64,000 nucleotides of DNA from Camelus dromedarius (taxonomy: Eukaryota): positions 68,450,001 through 68,514,000 of the forward strand of contig NC_087437.1 of assembly GCF_036321535.1 (NCBI RefSeq), in the 5' to 3' direction. Position 1 is the first letter of the stretch. Every line of letters begins with the position of its first letter. Positions 1-13,995 of this stretch are shown one piece after another. The notes under the pieces were generated by a model. The model was not told the DNA's origin and searched no databases. It saw nothing but the letters and a program-made list of their open reading frames with translations. A program made the position numbers and the translations under genes.

Positions 1-299
1 TAAAATATGGCAAATAGGAAAAGGGAGCTATAATAATAAATCCAGGAGACCGGAGAATAAGAAGCATGATATTAATTATTAATGTCTGATGAGTAAATAC
101 TTAGAGAGTTTACTTGATTATAAAGAAAGAGGGAATAAGACCAAGGATCAGTTTCTTCTGGATATGATTAAAATTATGAATGACGAAAGAAAACAGTTTT
201 ATCAAACTTGTCTAAACATGCCAGATAATTTCTTTTAGGAAGAAGCTCTTGTCGCAGTAGGTGTAAGAAATATCATGCCGCTCATTTTAGAATTAAATA

Positions 300-620
300 G
301 GCTCTGTCACAGGGCTTCTGATTTTCAAATTAATTCATTTTCATTTAAATATTAAGGTGGGATTAGAAGCCAGTTCAGACAAAATGGACACAGTTTGAAA
401 GGAGGAGGGCCCGGCAGCACCACACAGGGTTAGTTGGCAGTGTCATGAGGATGATTTATCTGCTGATGATTTATGTGATGCAGGACAAGCAGCGCAAGAC
501 AGCGCAGCCCCTGATTTAGGGGTCTTCAATCTAGGCTGGAGAAAAACAACTGCAGCATAAAATTTATCAGCTGAGAAGACGTCAACTCTGAAATGCAAAA
601 CTCATTGGCATTTATGCCTC
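300..620. promoter_or_regulatory. Candidate enhancer-like cluster of PBX-HOX, MEIS and posterior-HOX motifs
   Basis: TGATTTAT at 452-459 and 467-474, TGATTTAG at 512-519, CTGTCA at 304-309, TGTCA at 441-445, CATAAAA at 556-562 and TTTATG at 611-616, in a stretch with no recognisable repeat. Function is inferred from motifs only. Confidence 0.4.
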
Positions 621-812
621 TGGGTTGTGGGGGTAGAAGTAAAAAACCAGTGCAGAACAGAAGGCATTGAACAGTGAGGTCAAAAAGGCATAGAGGTGAG
701 GCAGGAGGTCAGAGAAGATGCTGGAGGAACCGTGAATGGTGCAGAGGAGTTCGGCTTTGCACACCAAAGCAGCATCTCTACCTTTTGTTCACTGGTTTTC
801 CTGGATCTGCAG

Positions 813-892
813 AGAAGACGCTGGAAAATTCACCCTCAGTAAACCAGGTGACTGATGCCCTGAAAGCAATTACACGAAGTTTGCTTGCCATG
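813..892 (+). other. Candidate 80-nt spliced exon, host gene unknown
   Basis: Pyrimidine-rich tract then CAG acceptor (AG 811-812). Exon ends GCCATG followed by GTGAGT donor (893-898). One open frame: (E)KTLENSPSVNQVTDALKAITRSLLAM. Confidence 0.25.
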
Positions 893-1032
893 GTGAGTGA
901 TAGGTACACATTAATAAACTTTATTAGAATGACACTGAAAGGTTTGCTTACCTTTCAGTGGTGCTGTTCTGATGTTTGCAAGTCAACCTGAAATGATCAC
1001 CAAAAAGAGTCAGCCCAGCACAGAACTAACAG

Positions 1033-1270
1033 ATGTTTGTGGAGCATTTGTTGTGGGCCAGGCACTTAATTGAGTGCTCTACCACACCTTTAATCTTTGC
1101 AGCAAGCTCTGACAGAGACGTGATTACTGGGGCCACTTTGCACATTAAAAAACTGAGGCATAGACAGGCTGGGTGATTATTCCTTTTCTGCTGTATTTAA
1201 ATGCTGGTAGTTTTAGGGCAAAGACAGGACTCAGACAAATCATGCTTTGGTGTAATGTTGCTCCAGGACC
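1033..1270 (-). mobile_element. MIR SINE, decayed
   Basis: gggccaggcact...aaaaactgaggcatagacagg matches the reverse-strand MIR core (GAAACTGAGGCACAGAGAGG). Confidence 0.65.
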
Positions 1271-2199
1271 TGTATGAGAATCCACACTCTCTTCTAATAT
1301 ATATATTTTTTCCAATCAGGCTGTCTTTCAAGATTGAAACACTTCTTACTGAGTGAGAGTAAAATTTTAAATTTAATTGCAAAAGAAACAAAACGGAAAC
1401 ATAAACTGGGCAAAGTGAAACAAGCAAAGAGATCAGTGATGGGGACGGCATACGATGCTGGTCCGGATTCCTGGAGGAAGAATCTAGTTCTCCAGGGTGT
1501 TCTGGAAGCCAGGTTGTTTACTAGTGATGCCCAGTGCATAGGCCAGACTAGGGGCTGTGCTCCCACCTCACAAGGCTGATCCACAGTGTTGGCTGGACCA
1601 GCTACACCTAATAAAATGCTTCTACTCTTTGTCCTTGGGGCCCAGTTGCTGTTTTTCAGCCCCAGAGACTAAGAAACATTACAGCTGTGTCATTCAGAGA
1701 CATTGATTAAGTTAGTGTGGAAATAAGACAGGTAGAAATATATGTTTTGTTTAGGGTGTAAGGAAATGAAAGGAAGAATTGCGCTCAGAATGCCCACAAA
1801 GGAATTAGGTGATATTCAAGTTATGTTTGTGTACTTGACTCTCCTAGAGAAATTACTTTTTCTCCATTGCTCCACTCCCAGTGTTTAACACAATGAATGA
1901 CATTGGAGGCATTCGATAGATGTTTATTAAATTAAACTGAAAGGGTCAAAGAAAAAAAATGGTATTCTTAGCAAAAGACTTAAGCGATGGGGATACATTA
2001 GAAATAGATGTTTAAAAAAAAACAGCCCCTGGGAATTTCCTGGGTTGGATGGACACATGTATAAAGAAAAATCATGAAGAGCTTAAGGAATTATATTTTT
2101 AAAAAAACAAGATTTAAAATTTTAAAGGACAAATTGGGGATGTTTATGAGCCACATTAAAAAGCATACTCTCTTAAGAATCTGGACTGATGAGGATACA

Positions 2200-2540
2200 T
2201 CCCGGATATGCTGGGGGGACATCTGGAGACACAAAGCTGAAGAAGGGAAAAGAGACATTTTCAGTGTGATGTGGCACCCAAAAGGCTAATGTTATTTTTG
2301 GATGCACTCTATTTAGAGCATTTCATCATGGAATAGAGAGGGTGACAGCTCCACTCCCAATGACATTCATGAGACCTATTCTAGAATGCCCCATTCAGTT
2401 TGGTTTGTCTGACTACCAAAAATAAGTAGACAGATTGGAAGGACTCCAAAGAAGAGTTTCACAATTGATTAGAGGAAAGAAGCTGACTTATGGGAAAAGT
2501 TTGAAAGAATTATGTCTATACAGCTTGGCTAAAGAAGGTA
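2200..2540 (+). mobile_element. CR1/L3 LINE 3' ORF2 fragment, ancient
   Basis: cagtgtgatgtggc...aaggctaatg...gacagattggaaggactccaaagaagag...gacttatgggaaaagtttgaaagaatt...tacagcttggctaaagaagg follows the order of the CR1/L3 ORF2 C-terminal consensus. Confidence 0.7.
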
Positions 2541-5500
2541 TGTATGTACGTGTTCAAAAACCATAAACACTTAATGGAGGAAGGAATAATTTATTCTGAT
2601 AAAAAGGATACAGGTAGAACTGTACAGTGAAATGGGTTTTGAAAAGAGACTCGAGCTTGCATAGGGGGTGGGAATTGGGTGGTGCGTAATGACATCTACT
2701 CCGTGGACAGAGTAGTTTGGAGGTGACATTGATGTGGAAGTGGTGGGTGACCTGAAGTGAAATGCTGAAACATAGCTTCCAAATATATTGAAGAGAGTGA
2801 TAGGAGGCAGGGTGAGAGGTGAAAGGATTCGATGTCAGGTTAGATGCTTCCATCTCAAATCACCCACCTTCCACACTGTAGTCGTGTGCACCGTAAGTCT
2901 CATTTGTACTTAACTCAACTTTACCTGCTTTAATCCCAGATGTATTGAAATGCCTTGCCTTTCCCTCTCTTTTAAATACCTTTTGAGGAAAACTAAGGTG
3001 GTTGTAAAACCGTTTACCACACAGATACTCATAAATACCATGTAAAAATGCTCACCATTGTTAAAATGGTTGTGAAAATAACTCAGATCTCTAATACAGC
3101 CAAAATAATATTGGCTGAGAAGTTATAAATGTTGAGACATTAGGATGAAATGTGTGGTAAATGCATGGATGGTGTTGCATAGATACTTGCAAAGAACCTT
3201 TGTGTGTGTTTCTTGGTTATGAAGCTAGAACATGCTATTTCTTTTGTTAGATTGTCCTCTTCAGTGGCTTATATTGGGCTTCCATCTCACAGTAGTGAGA
3301 CCTTTAAGAGAGTAAATTCAAATTCAGCAATGCATACAAATGGCTGAAAGGTGTAGATAAAGAAAGATTTAAAAAATGAACAAAATAGCAGGGAAGTAGG
3401 AGAGTCAGGGGTTGGATTTTGTGATGAAGTCCACAATCACTGTTACCTGTTAAGGACAGCAGTGCCCTTATATTCCTTTACACACCCATCTTTGACAGTC
3501 ATAGACCCAACAGAAATATCTTGTGTTCTCGTAAAGCTCCTTTGTATCTTTCTTTAAACTATCTGACTCAAACTCTTAATCTTAGAGAGACTGACAGTTA
3601 GAATAAAAATGTTTCATTGCTTTGTTTTCTCTTCTGGGGGTATAATCAAATTGCCATCTTTTTCCACATTTTTCATTGTCTTTTGCTGAAATATACTGTC
3701 GGTGTCTATTAATATTACTAACCTCCACAGGAAAATTAAGAAGCCTAAAATAAAAAGGAATAGGTTTCCACCAGCAAAGCCTCAGAGTGGTCAAACTGGC
3801 TAACAAGGGGACATGAGGTCTGAGTATTCAGTTTTGTTTTAGGTCTCTCTGGAAATTACAATAGCGTAGGGGAGGGGGTGAAAAAAACCTTCAAGAAAAT
3901 TCTGAATTTACCAGTTATGGCTCTAAATTGAATTTCTGGAAAAGGTACAAATATGTATTATATACTAAAATTCTAATAATCCTGAAGGAATTCTGGGCTA
4001 ATATTAGTTGTGTTCACATCTCTTCAATTATTTATTCATCCCTTTATAAATGTTTTTTCTATACTCAGTACCAACTCAAGTGCTGTTGGAATACCACAAG
4101 GTAGGCTCGTTCTCTGTACTTCATTAATTACAATATATTTGTGGGGGAAAAGGACAATAAAGAATAAATTCAAGGGTGTTATATTGCAGCAGAATTTGCT
4201 AATGAAAGATGCAGTATTAAGGAATACTCCAGTTTCTTGCTGAGAGTCTCTAGGAAAAAAATTATTTATTGCCTTGATTTAAGGAGGGAAGGTAGGAATA
4301 AAGACATGATGGTACAACACATGGGGGGATGCGAGCGCCAGTGCTGGCCAGAGGGAAGGGCCATCTCGGGGAGCAATAGCGTATCTTCAGACTGTGTAAC
4401 AGAACTTAATTATTATGTGCTCTTCACTAAATAGCTCTGTGTCTTTGTTGACAGCAGATATTCTCATCAACTCCCATTTCTTACTTACCACCCCTAGCTT
4501 GTTCTTGGAGAAAAATGTTCTCCTTAGGAAATGACTCCCACTAGAATAAAAGCCGGTCTGCACACCCAAAGCTCAAAGTCCTCCAAAGAGAGATGTCAGA
4601 AGCATTGGGTGGACTGGGCAGAGTACTGCAATCTCATTTTAACTCTTGCCCTTACCCTCAGGGATAGAGCCACTCTCTTGATGTCAAGAGCATTAAACCC
4701 CCTTCAACATTGATTTAGGTACTACTTGTCTGGTGTTACAATTAAAATTATTTTTTTAGTTTTTCTTCTCAATCAGATTAAAAGTTTTGAGGACAGGAAT
4801 TGGCCTGACATGAAGCTAAATACAGAGTAGATACTAAAATCCTATGTTGAATTTAATGGGTTTATAAGATTGTACCTTGTTTCCTTTTATCCCCTTTTTT
4901 CTGGCATGGGTGAAATTCTCACCTCTAGAGGTAATATGGGTAGGGTGGGCTTCGAGCACTTCACATGTACCAATTAATTCAATCATGTAGTTATTCGTCT
5001 ACTTGTTTAAGATTTTCCTATGATGCCTTCGACTTTGCCCTGACAGCCCGCTCAAAGTTGGTCTGTGAAAGCTGAGGATGAGGTGTCTTATTTCCTTGGT
5101 AGGAAGTAATAAAAAGTGTTCCTAGCTCGCTGTTTTGCATACAAGGGGTGTCGCACAAATGGCAGGGATGCTGTTGATGATCTCTTCCTATCCCACGGAA
5201 AAGGAATCAAAGAAAGTAAGCGTGGGTTGATTATGCTATCTTTTTTTGGTTGTTTGTTATTACTGAAGTACAGTTACAATATGTCAATTTCTGATTATGC
5301 TATCTTTAATGCTTATAGATTTTACTCCTTTCAATCCCTCTGTCATCTCTCAATGTGTAAATATACCCTTTGAAGCAGCTGGTTCATGGACATATGTGAA
5401 ATTACCTTTTGCCTTCAATATTGTTATGATAAATATTTCATTTTTCTCTAGCTTCAAATTCCTTTTGGCATATAAAGGCATTTTTTCCTTCTCCTGAGCC

Positions 5501-7300
5501 CTAACATTGTTACCGATTTAACAAACATTTGTATATCCTCTTCTTCATCTCTTCGTGTAGGTGTAATAAAACCCAGCCTTTATCTCAGCTGCCAGAAACC
5601 CCAGTGACCCTGGATCAGGTTTATACAATGCAAAGTTCATCGGGTTTAAAATGGAAGGTTTTCCTCTTTCCCTCTCTACAAACATTCCTTTTGCCACATC
5701 TCCGGAAGATTTGGTTAAAATTTTCCTACCCCTCACAAGAAACAATATTACTTTTGCAACTGGGCATAGGGAGGCCATGCTGTATCTCCTGGGTACTCAG
5801 AAAACACAATCACAGGAGACTGAGGGGAGTAGAAAGCTCTGATCACACTGATCCTTTGTTTTATTAACACATGCCCTTCCGGGACAATAGCATCCCAGCA
5901 CCGGCTCCTGTTTGCAGTGTGGGAGAGGCTGCTGATACCTCACAGTCATACTTAGAAAAACTAACCAGTCCTCAGAAGCAGTTCCAGATCTGTAGCTACA
6001 ATCTCAGGGATAAAGATTGTTGCATTTGCTCACAGGGATGCAATGTAATGTCTCCCTTAGCTTCAGTTGTCTTGAACTCAGAGAATTTATGTCAATGAAC
6101 CATGAGAAGATTTGAATATTTATTATGAACTAGGAGTAACTCAAAAATACACCATTTTACACCTGGGAAAGTATTATAAGATAATAAATTTGAAAAAAAG
6201 AGAAATAAAATATTTATGTGTTAGAAAAAAAGGAATATAATGTTAGTGACAATGTTGCTATTCCACTGTTCATCTCCTGCTTTGACTGACAGATAAAACA
6301 GCCTTGTGTCAATTTGAAGTGGCTTCTCATCTCTGAAACTTTCCCTTTGCAGGGGTATCTCTGGCAGATCCCTTCAGCTGTCTCAGTGGGAAAGAAACAA
6401 GCAAGATTACAGAAAGAGAGGAATACCTCTTGTTCCCTCAGCCTTTTACTTTACTTGTTTTTCCTTGATTTCTTTTTGTTCTCTGTGTGTTTTTTTCTTC
6501 GAGACTGCTAAGGTATATTCAGTTTCTGAAAAGTAGTTAAAAGGAGCTCATTACACAAATAGGTTTGTATAAAGGCAAGAATGCTAGAAAGAGGTTAGAC
6601 ACTAAGGAAATATTTTTCTTTTGTGTAAATGATGCCCTTGTTGTAGATGGAACTTATTTTGACTGTTTGTGTTTATTTTTATGAGCATAAAATGTTTTCC
6701 TAGAACATGAGGTTCTGAACAAAATGTCACGTTGTTATTCTGAATGGTACTTGGCTGAATGGTGTGTTAGACATTTTTGCATAGGAGGCACTTACAGTGA
6801 TAACATCATAAGGAGAAGAAAGCGGAATGCTAAGAGACTAGCCTTGAAGCTGAAGGGAGCATGGGACATACAGTATTTTGACTTAGATTCTGTTTTTAGA
6901 GGAATGCTTTGGATGTAGATCTGATAGAGAATCAAAATAAAGTCGCTGGAAAGAACTTAGCCTTCCCAGATCCCTTTCAGCAGGTTACTTGTATTTTAAA
7001 AATTCACCAAGGTTCAGGCAACACTGGCCTCTTTGTGTATGAAATTTATATCCAACTAATATATAGGGCAATTTTGCTACTTTTCAATTAAGAATTTGGC
7101 ATAGATTAAGGAATCAGTGCTAAATAGTTTTATAACTATCTGGTTAGAAATAAATAAAAAAAAATACTAGAAAAAAAAATACTAGTTCTTCTGAACTGCT
7201 CCAGTAGACCCTGCACACTACTTCAATGATGCTCAGAACAGTGTTTTCGGGCCCAGCTGCATACCTCTCTGTAGCAATGGCTTCAAAAGTATAGTTTTTA

Positions 7301-7987
7301 TATGGGTAACAGTATGGAGGTTCCTTAAAAACTAAAAATAGAATTACCCTATGATCCAGCAATCCCACTCCTGGGCATATTTCTGGAGAAAACTCTAATT
7401 TGAAAAGATACATGCACCCCAGTGTTCACAGCAGCACTATTTACAATAGCCAAGACATGGAAACAACCTAAGTGTCCATTAACAGATGACTGGATAAATA
7501 AGCTGTGGTATATATACAAAATGTAATATTACTAAGCCATAAAAAAAGAATGAAGTAATGCCATTTACAGCAACATAGATGGACCTAGAGATTATCATAT
7601 TAAGTGAAGTCAGACAAAGACAAATATCATATGATATCATTTATATGCAGAATCTATAAAAAATGATATAAATTATACTTACAAACCAAAAACAGACTCG
7701 TGGATGTAGAAAACAAACTATGATTACCAAAAGAGAAAGGATGGGGAGGGATAAATTAAGGCTTGGGGATTACTATATACACATTACTATATACAAAATA
7801 AATAAACAGCAAGGACCTACTGTATAGCACAGGGAACTACATTCAATGTCTTGTAATAACATACAGTGGAAGAGAACCTGAAAAGAAAAAAATTTGTGTG
7901 TGTGTGTAGGTATAACTGAATCACTTTGCTCGATACCTAAAACTAACATTGTAACTCAAGTACACTTCAATACAGATTTTTATTTTT
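7301..7987 (+). mobile_element. 5'-truncated LINE-1 (ORF2 end plus 3' UTR), artiodactyl-type
   Basis: acagtatggaggttccttaaaaactaaaaatagaattaccctatgatccagcaatcccactcctggg...tgtatagcacagggaact. TSD AAGTATAG(T/C)TTTTA at 7287-7300 and 7988-8001 (13/14 match). Confidence 0.92.
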
Positions 7988-9589
7988 AAGTATAGCTTTT
8001 AGGTGGCCCAAACTTCTTTTCTCACCAGGAAAATGCTATGGAAAGAATTGTGGGCCTTTTCTGGAATGCCGTTTAACAGATACTGGTAAATAACAGGCCA
8101 GTACAAACTCCACCTGGTGAACTTAATTCAATATTGGGAAACTCAATGTACTTTTTATTTTATTATTATTCCTTCCTCATCATTGCATTACACACAGCTC
8201 ACATTTTCCTCCTGAGAACTGCCTGCCAGCCTCATTTGCTTGTCCTGTTATACTGCTTTTTTGATCCCTAACACAGGAACTACTTAATGTACATAATAAA
8301 ACCATAGCATCTTCCCGACTTTATCTCATTAATCTTCTTAACTAAACAAAACCCATTTGCTTTCTTGCTTCACCTTTATCCTTCAATTAAGGTCTTGTTT
8401 TCTTACCTTCGGCTCTTTTCCTTCAGTTCAACTTCAGTTGAGTCAACTGTCACTCCTTGTTCCCAGCATTTCCTTGGTGTCACTGCCATCAGTTGTAGAG
8501 TTGAAGAACTGAGTTCTTATCTTTTTACTGACACAGAAAAGCTAGACTCTTGTTTTTAATTTAGCAGAGGTTGGCATTAGAAACACATCCTCCGTGCCAT
8601 GCTAGATTATTAATATTAATCCTTATGAAAAATAGCAACATTACTTCTGCACTTGAGAAAAGAATATTACCAAACAGGACTAAACAATTAATCTTATGAG
8701 TTATTCTTGCTTCTAGACAATATCTGACCCAGGAGACAAAAAGATGAAATTGTAAAAGAGTCAGAAATCTGGGAGGCAGAGATCCCTGAAAAATCCTGAC
8801 AGTGAATAAAGGTAGGCAATTCTGATCCTATCTTTGAATTCTTTACACCCACCCGTGGTAAAGCAAAGCACTGTGACTTTTCTTGATTACTGACTGGCTT
8901 CATGCTCACGTTTGTTTTGAAGGGAGAGTGGAAACTGGGCTCCGTTGTCAATAGCTTTTGTTCCATCCACCCTATCCCTTCTACATTTACTCTATCCTAA
9001 CTCATTTTAACCATCAGAACGGGACAGAAGATATCTTTAGGAAAATCACAATTATTATTTTATTCATCCACTTATCTTTTCCCTCCCATGCCTTACTTTG
9101 GCCAAAATTGGTGAGGTGTAGCATTTGCTTAAAAATGGAGAAATGAAAACCCATGTTTGAGAGAAGGCTGTACTCCATAAAACGGCAAATAAAATTGTGT
9201 CGAGAAAGTAAATAAACCAAGGGTTTGTGTAAAAGATAAAGAGAAGTGCTAACAAAAGTTGGGGAGTCTACCCAGAATACGTAAGGATCCATTAGGGCTT
9301 GTGTGGGTTCTTCTCGCATTTCAGCGATAGTGTCCACTTTAATTCTGAGCACATCTAAACTCTGGAGTGCAGTGAAAAGAGGGCAAGCTTTCCTTCTTTC
9401 CAATATTAGAATTTTTATGTGCTTTCCATCTGCCTCCTAAGCTCAATATTTTGTTCATGATATTTATTCCTTATCCTGTGTCTCTGAATTCTTGGCTACA
9501 TATGCAGAGGTGTTGCTTGATTTGTGGTTTCATTTTTATTTCCTAATTAGTCCTACACAGATCATTCATTATCATAACATAGAGTGAAC

Positions 9590-9810
9590 CCTCTCTTCAG
9601 GACCTGTACTCTCAGTTACTCACTATTTTATCTGCCCTATTTTGTTTCTTTGATAATACTGAAAACAATTTGAAATTATCTTTTTCTCCCTTTGCATTAT
9701 AATTGTTTCTTAATAGAATGCAAGCTTCACAAGGGCACGAAGCTTTATCACTGCTCTGTTTACCACTCCCACACTCTGCCACAGCGGTGCTGGCTCTCAT
9801 AGGTACTTCA
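9590..9810 (+). mobile_element. L2 3' fragment
   Basis: tagaatgcaagcttcacaagggcac...acagcggtgctggctctcataggtact resembles the L2 3' end. Confidence 0.55.
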
Positions 9811-11540
9811 TGATGGGGTGATGCCTAGATCCATCCCTTAATTGTACCAATAATACTGTTATCATTATTTATTATATAGTAATAATTAATATATACTCAA
9901 TATAATATTTAATAATATAGTTAATTAGTATATATTTAGATCTTCCTAGTAAAGAAAAATGACAACTTGCATACAATTCTGTAAAATAATATCTATAATG
10001 TCATCTAATATAAGTAGCATAAAATAACATGTGTAAGTGTAGCATTCAGTCACGACTCCCAGTTTGTTTTTATACCTTTTCAGGTCTATTTTTCCGATTA
10101 AGATAATTGGATTTGGGATGGATTTGGTTTATTCACAGATTACAGATTATGGATATATGAATTGTTAGTCTTGTCACTATTTGCCTGGTTCCTGTATCCA
10201 TCTTCACCTATCCTTCCCCTATAATAATGCATAAGTAATTTTTTTTTCTACATTTTGCCACTTTGAATGACAACATTGTTGATCGTAACTCAGAGCTCAG
10301 CAGCCTGGCTCCACTTTGCCTTGATGCTTGTGTGAGTTTCAGGACTCGATCTCATAAGAGCTTTATCTCACTCTGTCTCTTTCACTGGAAAACAATATTT
10401 GAAAGATGCTGCAGAGAAGCAAGTTAAATTTAAAGCTTTGATCAAAATGCTCCATGACTATGTGTGCATAATAATTTCCCTAACTACAATTCTATTACAA
10501 TATTAATTTGAAATAACACTTCCTTTGTCTTCAATTAAGAAAAAATTCTGTAAATTTTTACATATTAAAAAACGAGGCTATTTAAGAATTTAACTGTTAC
10601 CTCGATGTGTGTTGATTCTCAAACAGTAAATGATGATGTGTAAAGACAAGCTTATTGGTCCATGTGTGATTTAACTGAACCAAGTCACCTCAGGTTAGTT
10701 ACGTCTTGAAGTATACAGAGACCTGATTCCTGGGCACTGCGTCCTCAGCTTACAGCATCATATTCTATGTCTGCATCCGTACTGACAATTGCTGTAGGTA
10801 TGCACTTCCTTTCCCTTAGTCGCATAGCAAGGATTCAATACAAAGTTGGTTTTTTCTCCTTAAAACAATTTTATTTCCATATTGCCACAGTGAATGGAGA
10901 GAGCTTGAGTCAATTTAATTTACAGAAAGTAAAAGAAAATCATTATATGGCCAACAGTATACTGCCCTTTTCAACCAAAAACAAATTTTTTCTTTACCAG
11001 AAGAAAGAAATTAATTTGGATTACTTTTTTTAACTCTTCTATTCAACCATGCAAAGATTGTAATAAGCAGCAAAATGTATTTGAATCAAAAATTAGAGAC
11101 ATGAGCAAGGAAATCAAATGGCCATGATAATATACTGAAACCAGTCACTTCATGATTGAAAGTTGTCTTTCCTTTATACAAGACAGGACCTAAATCATTT
11201 AAAAGGCAACTGATTCTACATGTTGTGTTGTTTGGGCTTCTGTATAGACTCTGAATTGGCCCATTGAAATTTAACATTGAAAGTGGACACGCTAATAAGA
11301 TCAAATCATCGCCAAGTGAGAAGTATTGCATTTAATTTGAGAATGTCACCTTTTCAGAGGAAACTTCCCTAACCCCTCTATTTGAAAAACATCACTGCTG
11401 ACCTCCACCACTCTACCACAGTTGCCTTCCACCATTTTGATATGAAGTTCGCATACACAGCTGGGAGGGAAGTCGAGGTCATCCCAACCTCCAAATAAGT
11501 CAAAAACGTTTAGAGAGAACTTGTTACTAGGTCTCTAATA

Positions 11541-11586
11541 AGTTGTTCCTCCTCTTTAAATATAGTTGTTCCTCCTCTTTAAATAT
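11541..11586. repeat. Perfect 23-bp tandem duplication
   Basis: AGTTGTTCCTCCTCTTTAAATAT at 11541-11563 and 11564-11586. Confidence 0.95.
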
Positions 11587-13799
11587 GCCTCAAGTATAAA
11601 AAGAAGTAGGTAGAATGCACGGGCTCTAAATTTCTTTTCTGTTCTTACATTCTAGCTAAGGAAAAAAATGAGGTCACATCACAGGAAGAACTTGAATGTA
11701 GTGTTGCCAGGGAGTTTGCTTAAGTAATCATTTGCCTCTACCATTTCTAAAAATGGTGTGAATCAAAGAAGGCAGAACATGGCTTCCTTAGCGTTCTGTG
11801 AACCCGACATTTCTATTAACTGGCATGGTGGCAGAAACTTCTTAGTTGCATATTTTGAACTACATGGAGAAGAAACAAGTGCTGAATAAACATACTAATA
11901 TCGACCATATTAAAAGCAGTTTTCAGGCTATGGCAGAAAATGGGTTCAACTTCTTTGTTGCTCTGTTAACATCACTTTGAGATACTGCAAAATACTAAAA
12001 GGCATTTGAAATAAAATAAATATTAACATACTCAGTTTGCTTGTAATTGTCGGTGTAAATTCTGTTTTCTTGAAGTAGTGATAGAAAGAGTATATGAAAT
12101 GTTATAGATACTAATCTGTTTGAATACTCTGCCCCTACTAGGTGAAACTTTTATTTTGATTTTGGGTTTCAAGATGTAACACCAGAAGCAGTAGATGATG
12201 AAGTCGTGGGGCAGGACTCTAAGATCTGGGGTCCCCTTCCTGTGCACAGAGATCCCTGGAACCCACTGACATGACAGGAACTGGGCCAGATTCTCATCCT
12301 GGCTCTTCTGTTTAACTAATTGTTCTACGTGTGATTTGTTGGGCAAATAATATGGCTTCTCTAAGCAGCAGCCTGCCCATTCAGAACGTAGGGGTAAAAA
12401 TATTTGCTTCACAGAGAAGTTAGGATGATTAAATAGAAAAAGTGAATGTGAAACATTATGTAAATGAGTAAACTATTAAGTGTCATTGAAAATGTAAGGC
12501 AGCATTATTTCTAAATGGCTCATTATATTTGAGCCCTAATTACCGAAGTCACATGTTTACAATCCCTTTCTTTTATAGTGTAATTAAGTTTCCTCGTCAT
12601 CAAAAAATATAAAATGAATTTATGCATCAAAGCTGCACCTCTTATTTGTGGAGAGGAAGTTTTCTGTTTAAAGCATTATGAGTATAAAGGTAACTCTTGT
12701 GAAATGGAAGTGCTTGTTAACTCAAGGTTGTGTTTCTAATAGATTGTAGGGTTTAGGCAGGAAGAATGTCTTTCTTACTCCCTTTTGTACTCGCAGTTCT
12801 GAACACAGACTAGGTACTCCAGCAGTATTTATTGGTATGGAATTTGGGGGAGGGGTTGCTCTCACAGACCCAATCAGCACAATTCTTTGCCATGACTGGC
12901 AAGTTAAATTACCTTTCTATTTCTGCAAAATAGGAGACCGCTGATTGTTTTTAATCCAACTCCAGTATCACTTTTCTGGGTATTACAGCTGTCTGAGAGA
13001 CACCATATTACACTGACACCTTCACTGAAACAATTCTAAGAAATGTCCTTCTTATGCTTAATTTCTTTGTTTTTCTATATATCAAAAGAAAAACAAACTA
13101 ACCCAAAGAAGTAAATTTTGAATACTTACGCATTTACTTCACTAGTTATAAACAGGTATCTTAGTCATCTACCTCTGGGAAAGGGCAGTCAGTGGACTGA
13201 CAGCTGTCTAATACCTGCCACCACTGAGGTTGTTGTTATTTTTGATGGTGTCTTGGAAAATTTTTCCGTGGGAAAGGTGTTGTCCTCTCTACTCATTGCT
13301 GGATTTTGTCACCAAATGCACAAAAGATGAGTAACTAACATTCCTCTCCCATTAGTAATGTACAATGGAACTGCTTCTATCTGTGACTCTTAACCTCAGA
13401 AGAAAGAAAGAAACAAACAAAAAAAGGCAACAAAAGCACCCTGGATAAGCATGTTAAATAATTCTATAAGACCAACAAGCTGAATGAGAAAGAGAAAAGT
13501 GATTTTATTTCAAAAGTATATTTTTAACAGTTGTGTGTGTTTTCATTTATTTCTTCTCTTTGTCTCTTGGCTGTTCAGATTTGAATTTATTGTTTCTAAT
13601 GCACTAGTATTTCTATTCTAGCTTGGCATGTAGAGTTGATGAATTCACTTTATTTTAAAATGTTTCGGTCAAACCAGCCCCCGATGAGCTAAAATCATAT
13701 GCTTCAAGTCATTATACTTTTGTAATAAAGACATATTCAAATTTTAAAGGTCTCAGGGGTTTACTTAGGTTAGCATGATCATTCTTAGACAAAGAAAAA

Positions 13800-13995
13800 C
13801 TATTCAATAAATAGCAACTATTATTCTGTGCAAAGCACTTTTCTTACACATTATTTTAGAATAATTCCTTGAAGTATGTGTTATTATCCCCAGAGATTAG
13901 AAAGATTGAGAAATTTGCCCAAGGTCATAAAGCTAGTAAGGGATGACCCTAGGATTTAAACTCAGATCAGTCTTCAAAGTCCTTGTTCTTAACCT
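13800..13995 (-). mobile_element. MIR SINE
   Basis: ttattatcccc...aatttgcccaaggtcataaagctagtaag...ggatttaaactcagatc matches the MIR core and 5' part. Confidence 0.65.

Noticed and set aside
13433..13450. REST/RE1-like AGCACCCTGGATAAG
   Set aside because: It lacks the TTC 5' part and the GGACAGCGCC half-site, with too many mismatches.
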